A stretch of DNA of 33,499 bases, from contig JALAGF010005877.1 of assembly GCA_030167865.1 (NCBI GenBank), positions 1-33,499 of the forward strand, in the 5' to 3' direction. The notes under the pieces were generated by a model that saw only the letters and a list, made by a program, of their open reading frames with translations, was not told the origin of the DNA and made no database searches. Shown piece after piece: positions 1-10,890 of this stretch. The stretch's first letter is position 1, and each line of letters begins with the position of its first letter. The position numbers were made by a program, and so were the translations under genes. Source of the DNA: Craspedostauros australis (taxonomy: Eukaryota).

Positions 1-364
1 ATCCATGGCCCATGGATACCGTACACCCACATGTCCTCCTTCGTGGTGCTCCCAACTTCATTTGTGAGGTGGATGTTCCTGTCGGTCGCCTCGGTTGAGC
101 ATCAATGCTCTGGGAGTCACGAGCCAAGACGGCGGCACTCATGCCTATTGATAGAATGCGCATGGTGTTGTGTGTTGGTGGTCCGTGCGGCAGGAACAGT
201 GGAGGCGGCACGGTATCGCTCCGCCTGTTGGTTGCTGGACGTGTCAACTCATCCCAATACGCAATGTGGTGTTGGTTTGATGTGGAGGACTCTTGTTGTT
301 CGCGCGGATGGTGATGGTTGCAATGCGGTGGGATGGCAACCAGCCAAATCCCAATGAGATGGGT

Positions 365-429
365 CGCAACCAACACAGGCAACCAACAAAGGCAACCAAC
401 AAAGGCAACCAACAAAGGCAACCAACAAA
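365..429 (+). repeat. 13-nt minisatellite (GGCAACCAACAAA), about 5 units
   Basis: Directly visible. The paralogous site at ~8278-8303 has only 2 units. Confidence 0.9.
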
Positions 430-562
430 CGCAGTCACATGGGTGGCTTCATGGTTGTTCGAGGCATTGGTTCGAACCTCAAGTTGGTGCTTGCGATGGC
501 AGGCGGACGGGGGTCAGCGGTCTTGCAGATGCCACGATGACGCAAGCAAGCGTGGGCCATGG

Positions 563-755
563 NNNNNNNNNNNNNNNNNNNNNNNNNNNNNNNNNNNNNN
601 NNNNNNNNNNNNNNNNNNNNNNNNNNNNNNNNNNNNNNNNNNNNNNNNNNNNNNNNNNNNNNNNNNNNNNNNNNNNNNNNNNNNNNNNNNNNNNNNNNNN
701 NNNNNNNNNNNNNNNNNNNNNNNNNNNNNNNNNNNNNNNNNNNNNNNNNNNNNNN
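563..755. other. Assembly gap (193 N)
   Basis: Run of N. The paralogous interval in copy B (~8435-8683) contains a (CT)22 microsatellite, a plausible cause of the gap. Confidence 0.99.
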
Positions 756-1100
756 GAACAGAAAGATCCAATCCGCGCGAACCAGACGCGTTTGATCAAG
801 AGAAGGAGACAAACACAGGCAAACAGAAGGAGGAGACCATGCGAACAAGACAACAGCACACACATCACTCAACCCCATACTCAACCGCGTGAACAACAGA
901 CATCGAATTGCCACTCATATTCATCACACAGCGTATGGTACTCATACTCATACTCATACTAATACAAGCTGTTGCATACACAAACATCGATATCTCTTCC
1001 ATAGGCAGCTCCGACCACAGACATCCTCGACAGCCAGTCCAACGTAAATCGTCCAACGTCCAACGTCTATCGTCCAGCGACCATCCACCACACTCTCAAA

Positions 1101-2855
1101 ATGCCGAGTGTTACCAACCAACAACTCATTGATGCTGCCAAGGCCGGTGACTTATCAGTGTTGAAGGAGTGGAAGAAGCAGAAGAAGACGCAGAATGAAG
1201 GAGTTGATGTCCACTGCAAAGACCATGATGGTTGGACTCCCCTTCATCATGCATGCTACAACGGCCACCTGGAGTGTGTCAAGTACCTCATCGAATCATG
1301 TGAGGCGGACATCAACTGCAAAGACAACTATGGTTGGACTCCCCTTCATTGGGCATGCTGCAACGGCAAGCTGGAGTGTGTCAAGTACCTCATCGAATCA
1401 TGTGAGGCGGACATCAACTGCAAAACCCCCGATGGTTGGACTGCCCTTCATCTGGCATGCCACAACGGCCAGCTGGAGTGTGTTGCGTACCTCGTTGCAT
1501 CAGCCAATGCCGATGTCGACATCCAAAACAACGACAACAAAACGCCCCTCGATAAGATCCGTACGACACTTCAAATCAAGATGATAAAACGTCTCGATCA
1601 TCTGAGTCACCGCAACTCACAACTGCAGGAGGAGAACGAACACCTGGAACAGCAGCTGAAACGGGAGAAGGAAGAGAAGACACAGAAGGAGCAAGAGAAT
1701 GAACAACTGAAACAGCAGTTGGAACGGGAGAAGGAAGCGAAGAGGCAAAAGGAGCAAGAGAATGAACAACTGAAATGGCAGTCGGAACAGAAGGAGGAAG
1801 AGAAGACACAGAAGGAGCAAGAGAATGAACAACTGAAACAGCAGTTGGGACAAGAGGAGGAAGAGAAGAAGCAGAAGGAGCAAGAGAACGAACAACTGAA
1901 ACGAGAGGAGGAAGAGAAGACACAGAAGGAGCAAGAGAATGAACAACTGAAACAGCAGTTGGAACAACAGTTGAAACAGCAGGAGGAATCAATGCAGCGC
2001 TTGCTCTCGAAAAGTCAACAGGAGAACGAACAACTGAAACGGAAGTTGAAACAACATCTCAAGATCAGCATCGACCAAGATCGTTGCGCCGCTGTTCATG
2101 CTGAGGCCATCGCAGACGTTACCTTCCTGTGCGGACAAGGAGACGAACAACAACCAATCAAGGCAAACTCCGCAGTCCTCATGATCACTGTCCCATCCAT
2201 TCAGACACTGATCAACTCTGGAATCCAACATCAACGCGCTCACGATGGCGCTCAAGATACAACTGAACCCATCCAAACAACCATCCCTCTTCCCAACTTT
2301 CAACCAAAACACGTCCGATACGTCCTCCAATGTATCTACAGAGGTGAGATATCCTTCAACAACAACGCTCATGACTTCGCTGGCGATGATGACGCAAACC
2401 AGCCAACTCCCACCCTCACGGGACAGGATGATCTGCAACAACTGATCCTTGTGGCCAACGAATTCGGCTTCTGGCGACTCAAGCTTGTTCTTGAAGCAGA
2501 GTTGGCCCGCAAGCATCTCACAGAGGACGCCATGATAGATGTGTTGATATTCGCCGATCAACACAACTGCTTGGTGTTGAAGGATGCAGCAATGAGAATG
2601 GCAGCAGAGAGAGAGAAAGATATGTTCACTCATCCAGATTTCAGCAAGCTGATTCCACACCATCAACTGATGGGAGGCATTCATGTCGTCCGCAGTGGGG
2701 GAGCGGAGAGTGATGGAGTTGATGGTGAGTACAGTCACATGTCCATGGTGGAGCTGTACAAGGTTACGGATCAGGATGAGGGTACAGCACAAGTGGATTC
2801 GTACATGGATCGGGTGGCATTGGTGGACTTCGTCCGCTGTATGAGTACCAATTGA
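1101..2855 (+). CDS. Ankyrin repeat - coiled coil - BTB/POZ (+BACK-like) protein, 584 aa; putative Cullin-3 substrate adaptor
   Basis: Intact intronless ORF. Three GWT[PA]LHxACxNGxLECV ankyrin repeats with caps, an E/Q/K-rich coiled coil, a BTB-like segment (ADVTFLCG...IKANSAVL...VRYVLQCIYRGEI...LILVANEFGFWRLK) and a SPOP/BACK-like tail (DVLIFADQHNCLVLKDAAM). Confidence 0.88.
   Translation: MPSVTNQQLIDAAKAGDLSVLKEWKKQKKTQNEGVDVHCKDHDGWTPLHHACYNGHLECVKYLIESCEADINCKDNYGWTPLHWACCNGKLECVKYLIESCEADINCKTPDGWTALHLACHNGQLECVAYLVASANADVDIQNNDNKTPLDKIRTTLQIKMIKRLDHLSHRNSQLQEENEHLEQQLKREKEEKTQKEQENEQLKQQLEREKEAKRQKEQENEQLKWQSEQKEEEKTQKEQENEQLKQQLGQEEEEKKQKEQENEQLKREEEEKTQKEQENEQLKQQLEQQLKQQEESMQRLLSKSQQENEQLKRKLKQHLKISIDQDRCAAVHAEAIADVTFLCGQGDEQQPIKANSAVLMITVPSIQTLINSGIQHQRAHDGAQDTTEPIQTTIPLPNFQPKHVRYVLQCIYRGEISFNNNAHDFAGDDDANQPTPTLTGQDDLQQLILVANEFGFWRLKLVLEAELARKHLTEDAMIDVLIFADQHNCLVLKDAAMRMAAEREKDMFTHPDFSKLIPHHQLMGGIHVVRSGGAESDGVDGEYSHMSMVELYKVTDQDEGTAQVDSYMDRVALVDFVRCMSTN
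1620..2050 (+). repeat. Coding 63-nt (21 aa, three heptads) tandem repeat, ~6-7 units, forming the coiled coil
   Basis: Near-identical units of gacacagaaggagcaagagaatgaacaactgaaacagcagttgg (TQKEQENEQLKQQL); one unit is 12 nt shorter. Confidence 0.9.
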
Positions 2856-3029
2856 TCCGAAGTGATTGTGGTGGACGGCACTGCCGAGGAAGAGGAGCGA
2901 AGTGCCAGACCATGCCAAATCATAACGGAAGTCTTCAAGAAGTGGACGCATGACAGAATTGAGTCGATGGATAATATAGTCGTCAGAATAGTCATTAGGA
3001 TAGTAACTATGTGATAGGAGCTGGAGCAA

Positions 3030-4139
3030 TTAGGGATCCATTCATTCAATGGTGCGTCCGGCATTCCTTCACCATCGCCTTTGGTGATGTGCACAGCATG
3101 CTGCTCCATGCACCACCCTATCGTTCGCAGCGCGGTCTGGTTGGGCCGCGAGATACGCATGATCTTCTGTGCATGAATTGCAGATGATCCTGGTTGGCGT
3201 AAGGCACGTTGCTGTGCAGCATCATTGGCCAATGCGACAGAAAGAAGATGGTTCAGCCACCACTGTCATCGAGGTTGCCGATCATGCGGTTTCCGCGTTC
3301 GTTGGTTTCGTGGGTGTGGAAGGAGTTGTGTGGGAAGCTATGGTGGACCCTGCGGGCGTCATGCATGGCTTGTTGGACTGGAATCCAACTTGACGAGGTG
3401 GAGCGTATTGCGACAGTTAGCTTGTTGTTGGTGGTGGTGGTGCTGCTGCTGCAGTTTGTGCATGATGTTGCGCAAGGCACGTATGTATGCCAGCAGCTGC
3501 ATGGTTTTCGATATGGCCGACAAAGATGATGAGCCATGGGAGAAGTTGCCGATGTCATTGCACACGATTTCAGTAATGGTGGATCCAAGGAGACAGTGCC
3601 TCTTTCTCATCGTTTGCGGTTTGTGTTAGCGACGTATCGCTTCGAGCATCGGTATGAACAGGCGTGGCTGGTTGTGGCGCGTGTAGTGGGGACTGAGGAA
3701 CATCTCCAAACTTATGGCTCTGTTGGTCTCGGGAAAGTCGCTGCGTCCGATCTTACAGATGCACCCATCCAATATGTGCTGAATCTCCGTTTCAGACAAC
3801 GCATCGGACTTTTATGTGGGTGGGCGCCGCTGCTGATGACTTGAATCCAGACCGCACCATGGGCCATGACATGTCTTGCCATGGCTGTTGGTTCTGTTGT
3901 TGGCGCTGCCATTGCCCATGTCTCAAGATCTTCTCTACTCCGGAGCAATTGGTTTGACATCTTCCTTTCGGATGTCGCTGAGCGATGCGACAAGTTTGAG
4001 ATCGCTGTTCATCACTGCTCGTCATTCATCATCAGCGTCATTCATCATCATCATCATCAGCAGCAGCAGCAGCATCATCGTTGGCATCATCACAGTCTCT
4101 TGCCATGGCCGCCTTCGTTGATTCTGGTTGGCGTGCCAT
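3030..4139 (-). pseudogene. Decayed gene for a low-complexity protein of unknown family
   Basis: ATG at 4139 opens MARQPESTKAAMARDCDDANDDAAAAADDDDDE, then TGA-CGC-TGA-TGA-TGA (an Arg run if TGA was CGA). It stays in frame with ORF 3792..4025 and continues as P/T/A/Q-rich sequence with mostly TGA stops. The 3' end is uncertain. Confidence 0.45.
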
Positions 4140-4258
4140 ATTTTGCGCAGCCGCTGCTTGCTTGATTACTTCATTGCTTCATTGCTTTGCTGCTTGACGG
4201 ACAACGTCTCAGTGTTGGTTGATACCTCCATTAATGCAAACATAGTCAAGCCATTTCA

Positions 4259-4296
4259 TCTCTCTTGCTCTCTCTCTCTCTCTCTCTTTCTCTCTT
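4259..4296 (+). repeat. Interrupted (CT)n microsatellite between head-to-head pseudogenes
   Basis: Directly visible. Confidence 0.9.
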
Positions 4297-4456
4297 TGTG
4301 TTGAAGTCGCTTGATGGATCATGGGTGCAAAATCGAAGATTCGTTGTTTTGGATGGTGTCAAGAATTTTTGGCGCGTTTGGTGGGCGCTCGTCTGTCTGC
4401 CATCCGTCGTTCATTCAACCAGTGACGCACACAAACACTCACAACCAACATCACCA

Positions 4457-6905
4457 ATGCGTTGTTTTCATGGGACGCAACTCTGTTCGATGATGGTGAT
4501 GACGATGGCGACCCCTCCAATGAAGCCGCATCCCTTCACAATTGGTACCACCGACGCAAACACCAACACCAACAATCAGACAAGATGATGAGGCATCGAC
4601 ATCCAAGAGGAACTGTGGGAAGGCTCGCCAGTTGCTCTGCACCTTGACCCACCCGTTGTACAACTATGAGTGTGGGACCTCCCATGAGTACGATCTGCTC
4701 TGGGAGTTGCCACAGCAAAGCGTCCAGCCTTATAGATACTCTGTTCGAACCTCCGTCCAGCCCGTGCGGTCATGTGATCATGACGATCGAAGTTGCTGGA
4801 AGAGGAGGGTGTCAGACTGATAGCAGAGAAACAAACGGAGACCAAACAACCGCAGCAGGCCAACACGAAATCGAAGGCGGGCAAGCCCACAAGCGTCGCC
4901 AAAGAGGCCAAAGCAGCTGCAAAATCAGGTCGTCGTGCCAGTGTCAGCACAGATACACCAAGCAGTGCCAACAGAAGTACAGCCAAAGATGCGAAAGCTT
5001 CGGCTGTGAAACGATCACATGCGAAGAGTCTGGACATGCTCAACATGCAAGCTCGCGAGATGTCATTCAGCTCCCTTGATCCCAGCAAGTTCAACAACGA
5101 CGAATCGATACAGACGCCAAACACCCCAGGTGGACTCAGCGTCGCCACAGCCCCGGCACTCGGAGCAACCAAGACAAGATGATGCTTGCGCAGAGTCGGA
5201 GACGCAGGCCAAGGACACAAACGAATTCCAACGGAACGACCAGCAGCGCCAAATCGAGGAGCAAGAGTTTGGAATTCTCGAATGACAGACACAACATGCC
5301 AGGCACAATAGGCGCGATGAGCGCAGCCAGCACCCCGACTCTATCCCGGGTTGCGACAACGAAGAAGTCACGCAGCAAGCGCCTGGAGTGACTGTCGAAT
5401 CTGCCAAGTCTCTACGACGACGATGACGGCAGCGTCGACGTTGCAACAAATGCTGCTGCAACGAATGGTGGGAGAAGCTCTGCGGCCCCTGTCACGCCTG
5501 GAGGTTGGAGCGCGGCATCTACACCAGCCCCCTTTCCCTTCAGCCGCACACATGAATAGAGACAACAGTCTTTGTCGTTGAACAAGCACAGGTCGACGTT
5601 GGCAAGCATCCTCAAGGCCAAACGATCATCATTACGTGAAGTGTCGTTGACCAATCCTCCAAAATCGAAGCAACGACCATCTCTCGAATCCCGATCATCG
5701 CAATTGGCCGATCTTTCCTTGACTGAAGTATCCGCAAAGGCGCCATCATCGCCATCATCATCGTCGTCGCCACCGTCATCATCATCATCACAGTCCAAAT
5801 CCAAACTCAATCTTCAACAGTTCGAACGCGAACATGAACATGGAGGTGTCTCGGCCACAACCCCAAGCCCCATCCAGTCCTGGAGCCTTGAGTTTGGGAA
5901 TCGAATTGCAATCGAGCAAGAAGGAACGAGGGGCTCCTTCTCACAACAGATCTGCATGCAGTTCGTTGCGCCCAAGTGAAGACTCAAAGCAACGACGTTC
6001 ATGCGAATGAAGCACGGATGCTCTGCGCGAGGCGATCAAGGAAAGGCAAGGATCTCCAAGGTGCTTGGCAATGGGCCCCGACGTCACCACTCCAGCAAAA
6101 CAAGAGACGTGTCATCACCATTGATATTACCATCCATATCACCGTCGCCACGGCATCGGCGGAGAAGCGCACAACACACCAGTGGCAAGCTGCATTCAAC
6201 ATCGTCAAGATCAAAGAGTGTGGAGCATTCGACATCATTGAGTCATCGTCGTGACGGAGCAATTCACACATCCTCCTCTGGAAGAAGCCGCCGCTCGCCA
6301 TCGGCGCAGAGTCGTCGAAGTTCGTCCGATCGCAGCCGCAGAAGACTGCGCAAGTATCGATGGACTCATCGCTATCATCACGACGCCAAGGAACATCTGG
6401 CAGTTCGGACGATGTGAACGCAGCCTCGCGTTCACGCGAAACCAACTCAAATGCGCACTCCGCTGGGACTGGTTTGCAACGGCGCAAGGGCTCACCTTCT
6501 CGAAAGCATGACCGAGGAAGTTCGCGAAGACCAAATCAACGTGGCCGTAGCCAATCGACACCATGTGGCGAGGATGGGCGACGGAAGTCCTGCGATGAAC
6601 GATCATCATCGGCGCGACCACGAAGCAGATCAAGAGGATATCGAATTGACAGCATCGAACAGCACAGCGATGAGAGAGATGAAGATGGACGACATGGCAA
6701 GGAACGGCACGCCATGGCAAAGAACAACATGGCAACAAACGTTCGTCATCACACGAGGCCCTTCAATCAAATCGTTGTGGACGAAGCAGATCGTCAACTC
6801 GCGATGCTGTCTACCATGAGAAGCTGTCCGGCACAAAACCACTGCAACTCATATCAAAGAAAGCAGTCAGGAACAAGAGCGCGTCTCAGTGCCGCCATCC
6901 CTTGA
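4457..6905 (+). pseudogene. Decayed gene for a long Ser/Arg/Lys-rich low-complexity protein
   Basis: ATG 4457 follows a C/A-rich leader. Frame +2 to ~5180, frame +1 ~5179-6350 (stops at 5389, ~5557, 5977) and frame +3 to 6905 read as one compositionally uniform protein with recurring (R/A)SKS(L/V)E-like motifs. The TGA stops at 4667 and 4781 are CGA in the paralog (11095, 11197). Confidence 0.65.
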
Positions 6906-8473
6906 TGAATGGTACCAAAACTCCCACCCTGTGATGCATCACGACATGATGGGATGGAATGAGATGTGTGGGCCGCTCCGTACTCGTATCATACTCCTGA
7001 AGGTGTGGTAGATCCATGTCTCTGTAATGCAATACACCTACGAATAGAATGTACTTCTCTACGTATGTTTGGAACAGTACCGCATGCACTATATCTGCTT
7101 GTGCAATAGAACACTGTGATGAAGTCACCGGATGTTTCAAGAGATTGAAGGGCTGGATACTGCTCCCGCGCTGCCTCTGCCTTGTCTGCAACTTGTCTGG
7201 TCCGCTCTCTGCGGTATAGTACATACCCACACAGGGATGTTGTTGATGTCATTCATGAGCAGATTGGACGTCTGTGGTTCCATCCACGCTCCGCCATGAG
7301 CATCGATGTTGGTTCATTGCGCAGACAAAGGACACATGGCAGCAGCATTATCACAAGCCGTGCGGTCGTCACCATGCCACCAGATTCGCACACAGAGCAA
7401 TCTACTCCAAGTTACACTACCAAGCAGGTTGAAAGCTACAGTGCCAATGCCAGCCGATCCAAGTTTGTGGAAAAGACGATCTACGAAGAACACATGGCGA
7501 ACAAGGCAGAGAGAAATGATGGGAAGCCGCGAGGAGCATGGTTGCTGCACAGTTCCATCGACCGTCCCGCATCGCGCTATTGTCCTCATCTCTCCCTGAG
7601 TTGCACTCCGCCATTGTGCCAACACTGCAGTCGAGACCCTCACCAAGTCCCAGGAGGAGCAATCACTCGCGGTTACAGCAACAATTGCCAGGGTCACCAT
7701 CCATTCCAATCTTCGAAGCGACCAGTGCCAGCATGGCGGAAAGACAAGAACTGACGAGCCAGCGCAGTCCAAGCATCCAGAGAGCTTGACGAGCAAAAGA
7801 AGAAACCAACGAACCAACGAACCAACAAGCAACCCCATGCAGAGTGCGAGTGCCGTATTGCGGATCATGGTTGACACCGAGTTCCAACAGGCACAAGAAG
7901 CACACAGTCAGCGATCCATGGCCCATGAGCACCGTATCCCCACATGTCCTCCTTCGTGGTGCTCCCAACTTCATTCGTGAGGCAGATGTTCCTGTCGATC
8001 ACCTCGGTTGGGCATCGATGCTCTAGAAGTCACGAGCCAACACGGCGGCGCTTCTGCATATGGATAGAGCACGCATGACATTGTATGTTGGTGATCTGTG
8101 TGGCAGGAACAGTGGAGGTGGCATGGTATCGCTCCGCCTGTTGATTGCTGAACGTGTCAACCCATCCCAATACGCAATGGGGTGTTGGTTGGATGTTGAG
8201 GACTCTTGTTGCCCGCGCGGATGGTGATGGTTGCAATGCGGTGGGATGGCAACCAGCCAAATCCAAATGGGATTGGTCGCGACCAACAAAGGCAACCAAC
8301 AAACGCAGTCACATCAGTGGCTTCATCGTTGTTCGAGGCATTGGTTCATACCTCAAGTTGGTGCTTGTGATGGCAGGCGGACGAGGGTCAGCGGTCCTGC
8401 AGATGCCACGATGACGCAAGCAAGCGTGGGTCATGATGCACATGGTGCACATGGTGGTGGTGGTGATGATGAC

Positions 8474-8475
<2 letters not shown>

Positions 8476-8519
<44 letters not shown>
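8476..8519 (+). repeat. (CT)22 microsatellite
   Basis: Directly visible. Confidence 0.97.
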
Positions 8520-8523
<4 letters not shown>

Positions 8524-8972
8524 CTCTGTTTCTGGAGTCTTTCGCGTTGTTTGTTTCGAATTGATGTGGTGTTACTCGGAGTCGTATCAGTCGAAGATTC
8601 GGGTTTTCGAAGATCCGCAAAAGAGAACTCTGTTGTGGTGGTTCTTTCTTGTTGTTGGTCGCGCGCATTTCCGTGATGGATGAGAACAGAAGGATCCAAA
8701 CCGCCCCATCTTGACGCGCACGATCAAGAGGAGGCAAACACAGACAACAACACACACCACTCAACCCCATACTCGAGGACATCAACAACAGACATCGAAT
8801 TGCCATGCATATTCATCACGCAGTGTATGATACGCGTACCACTACAAGCTATTGAAGACACACAATCGATATCTCTGCCATAGATAGTTCAGACTGCACA
8901 CTTCCTCGACAGCCAATCCAACACCTATCGTCCAACGCCAAAAGACCACCAACCATCGACCATCCTCTCAAA

Positions 8973-10890
8973 ATGCGGAATGTTACGAACAAACAAGTCC
9001 GTGATGCTTCCTTCAGAGGTGACTTGTCGGTGTTGAAGGAATGGAAGAAGCAGCACAAGACGCAGAATGAAGGAGTTAATGTCAACAAGTTCACAGACAG
9101 GAGTTGTCAGACTCTCCTTCGTGAGGCATGCTTGTATGGCCACCTGGAGTGTGTGAAATACCTCATCGAATCATGTGGGACGAACATCAACTGCCAAAAC
9201 AACAATGGAAAAACTCCCCTTCATCGGGCATGCAGCAACGGCCACCTGGAGTGTGTGAAGTACCTCATCGAATCATACGGGGCGAACGTCAACTGCAAAG
9301 ACGACCTTGGTTCCACTCCCCTTCATGATGCAGGCATGAACGGCCAGCTGGAGTGTGTGAAGTACCTCATTGAATCATGTGAGGTGGACATCAACTGCAA
9401 AGACAACAATGGTTCCACCCTCCTTCATGCGGCATGCACGAACGGCAAGCTGCAGTGTGTGAAGTACCTCAGCGAATCATGTGGGGCGTACATCAACTGC
9501 AAAACCAACGATGGAAGCACTCCCCTTCATTACGTATGCCACAACGGCAATCTGGAGAGTGTGAAGCACCTCATCCAATCATGTGGGGCAAACATCAACA
9601 GCAAAAACAACCGTGGTTCCACCCCCCTTCATGCGGCATGCACGGACGGCAAGCTGCAGTGTGTGAAGTACCTCAGCGAATCATGTGGGGCATACATTAA
9701 CTGCGAAGACAACGATGGTTCCACTCCCCTTCATTGGGCATGCCACAACGGCCACCTGGAGAGTGTGAAGCACCTCATCCAATCACGTGGGGCAAACACC
9801 AACAGCAAAAACAACGGTGGTTCCACTCCCCTTCATGCGGCATGCCACAGCGGCCGGCTGGAGTGTGTCAAGTACCTCATCGAATCATGCGAGGCGAACA
9901 TCAACTGTAAATGCAACGATGGTTTCACTCCTCTTCATTGGACATGCCGCAACGGCCACCTGAAGTGTGCGAGGTACCTCATCAAATCATGTGAGGCGAA
10001 CTTCAACTGCAAAGACAACCAGGGCACCACTCCCCTTCATTACGCATGTTACGAAGGCAAGCTGGAGTGTGTGAAGTACCTCATCGAATCATGTGGGGCC
10101 GACGCCAACTGCAAAACCAATGATGGTTCCACTCCCCTTAATCGGGCATACTGCAAACACCAGTATGCCTGTATCGAGTACCTCATCAAATCAGCCAATG
10201 TCGATCCCAGCACAGGCAGCATCTGGTGATACTCCCTGTCATCACGCATGCCTGCATGGCAAGCTGGAATGTATGAAGTACCTCATCAAATTATGTGAGG
10301 CGAACATCAAGTGTCGAAACAATCATGGTTGCACTTCCCTTCATTCGGTATGCGCCGACATCCACCTGGAGTGTATCGAGTCCTTCATCAGAGGACTTTC
10401 GCCTTCATCTCACACACAACTGCAGCAACTACAGCAACGCTTACAACAAAACGAGCAAGAGAATGAACATCTGCAACAACAGTTGAAACTGAAGTTGAAG
10501 CGAAAGAAGCAAGAGAATGAACACAAACACAGTACCCACAAGAGGACCCAACATCGCATTGCAGAAGTCCGGCTCAGATCCTTCCACACCGACAACAGGA
10601 CAGACACCATCCACTTGTGTGGACAGGGCGACCGACAACAACCAATCAAGACAAACGCCGAAGCCCTTATGATCGCCGTCCTATCAATTGAGACACTGGT
10701 CGACAAAGGAATCCAACATCAGCACACGAATGATGGCACCCAAGACGGCACGGCCACATGCAAGTAGCCATCTCTCTCCCCAACCTTCAACCAAAACACG
10801 TCCGATACGTCCTCCAATGCATCTACACAGGCGAGATATCCTTCAACAACAACACTCATGATGACACCGATGATGATGACGCAAACCAGC
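8973..10890 (+). pseudogene. Disrupted ankyrin-coiled coil-BTB paralog; may still encode a 418-aa ankyrin-only protein (8973-10229)
   Basis: 11 ankyrin repeats of 102 nt in ORF 8973..10229. The next repeat starts 100 nt after the previous one (10125 to 10225), implying a 2-nt deletion near 10209. Two more repeats, a short coiled coil and the BTB start follow in frame +1. A second frameshift lies near 10751. The BTB remnant ISLPNLQPKHVRYVLQCIYTGEISF is cut at ~10890. Confidence 0.85.

Larger units (their letters stand above)
1..4816 (+). repeat. Tandem segmental duplication, copy A (probably continues left of the window)
   Basis: 1-562 aligns by eye to 7914-~8435, 756-2403 to 8684-10890 (with repeat-number differences), and ~4467-4816 to ~10896-11232. 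Same orientation; offset 7913 at the left edge. Confidence 0.93.

Noticed and set aside
1218..2050. CRISPR-like regularly spaced repeats
   Set aside because: Periods of 102 and 63 nt are in-frame coding repeats without unique spacers. The context is eukaryotic and there are no cas genes.
1989..3029. 346-aa minus-strand ORF, and similar shadow ORFs over other genes
   Set aside because: Antisense to a well-supported CDS with no recognisable motifs.
4368..4375. E2F-like TTTGGCGC sites (also 19387-19394)
   Set aside because: Short motif expected by chance in 33 kb, with no cell-cycle gene context.
4457..6417. TGA read-through, selenoprotein or alternative genetic code explaining the in-frame TGAs
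   Set aside because: TAG stops and frameshifts also occur, the paralog has CGA at two of the sites, and intact genes here (ZMAT2, AspRS, ANK-BTB) terminate at TGA.
6906..7913. ORFs 7182..7754 (+) and 7314..7877 (-)
   Set aside because: No recognisable domain or convincing start. Possibly more decayed coding sequence, but no frame could be supported.
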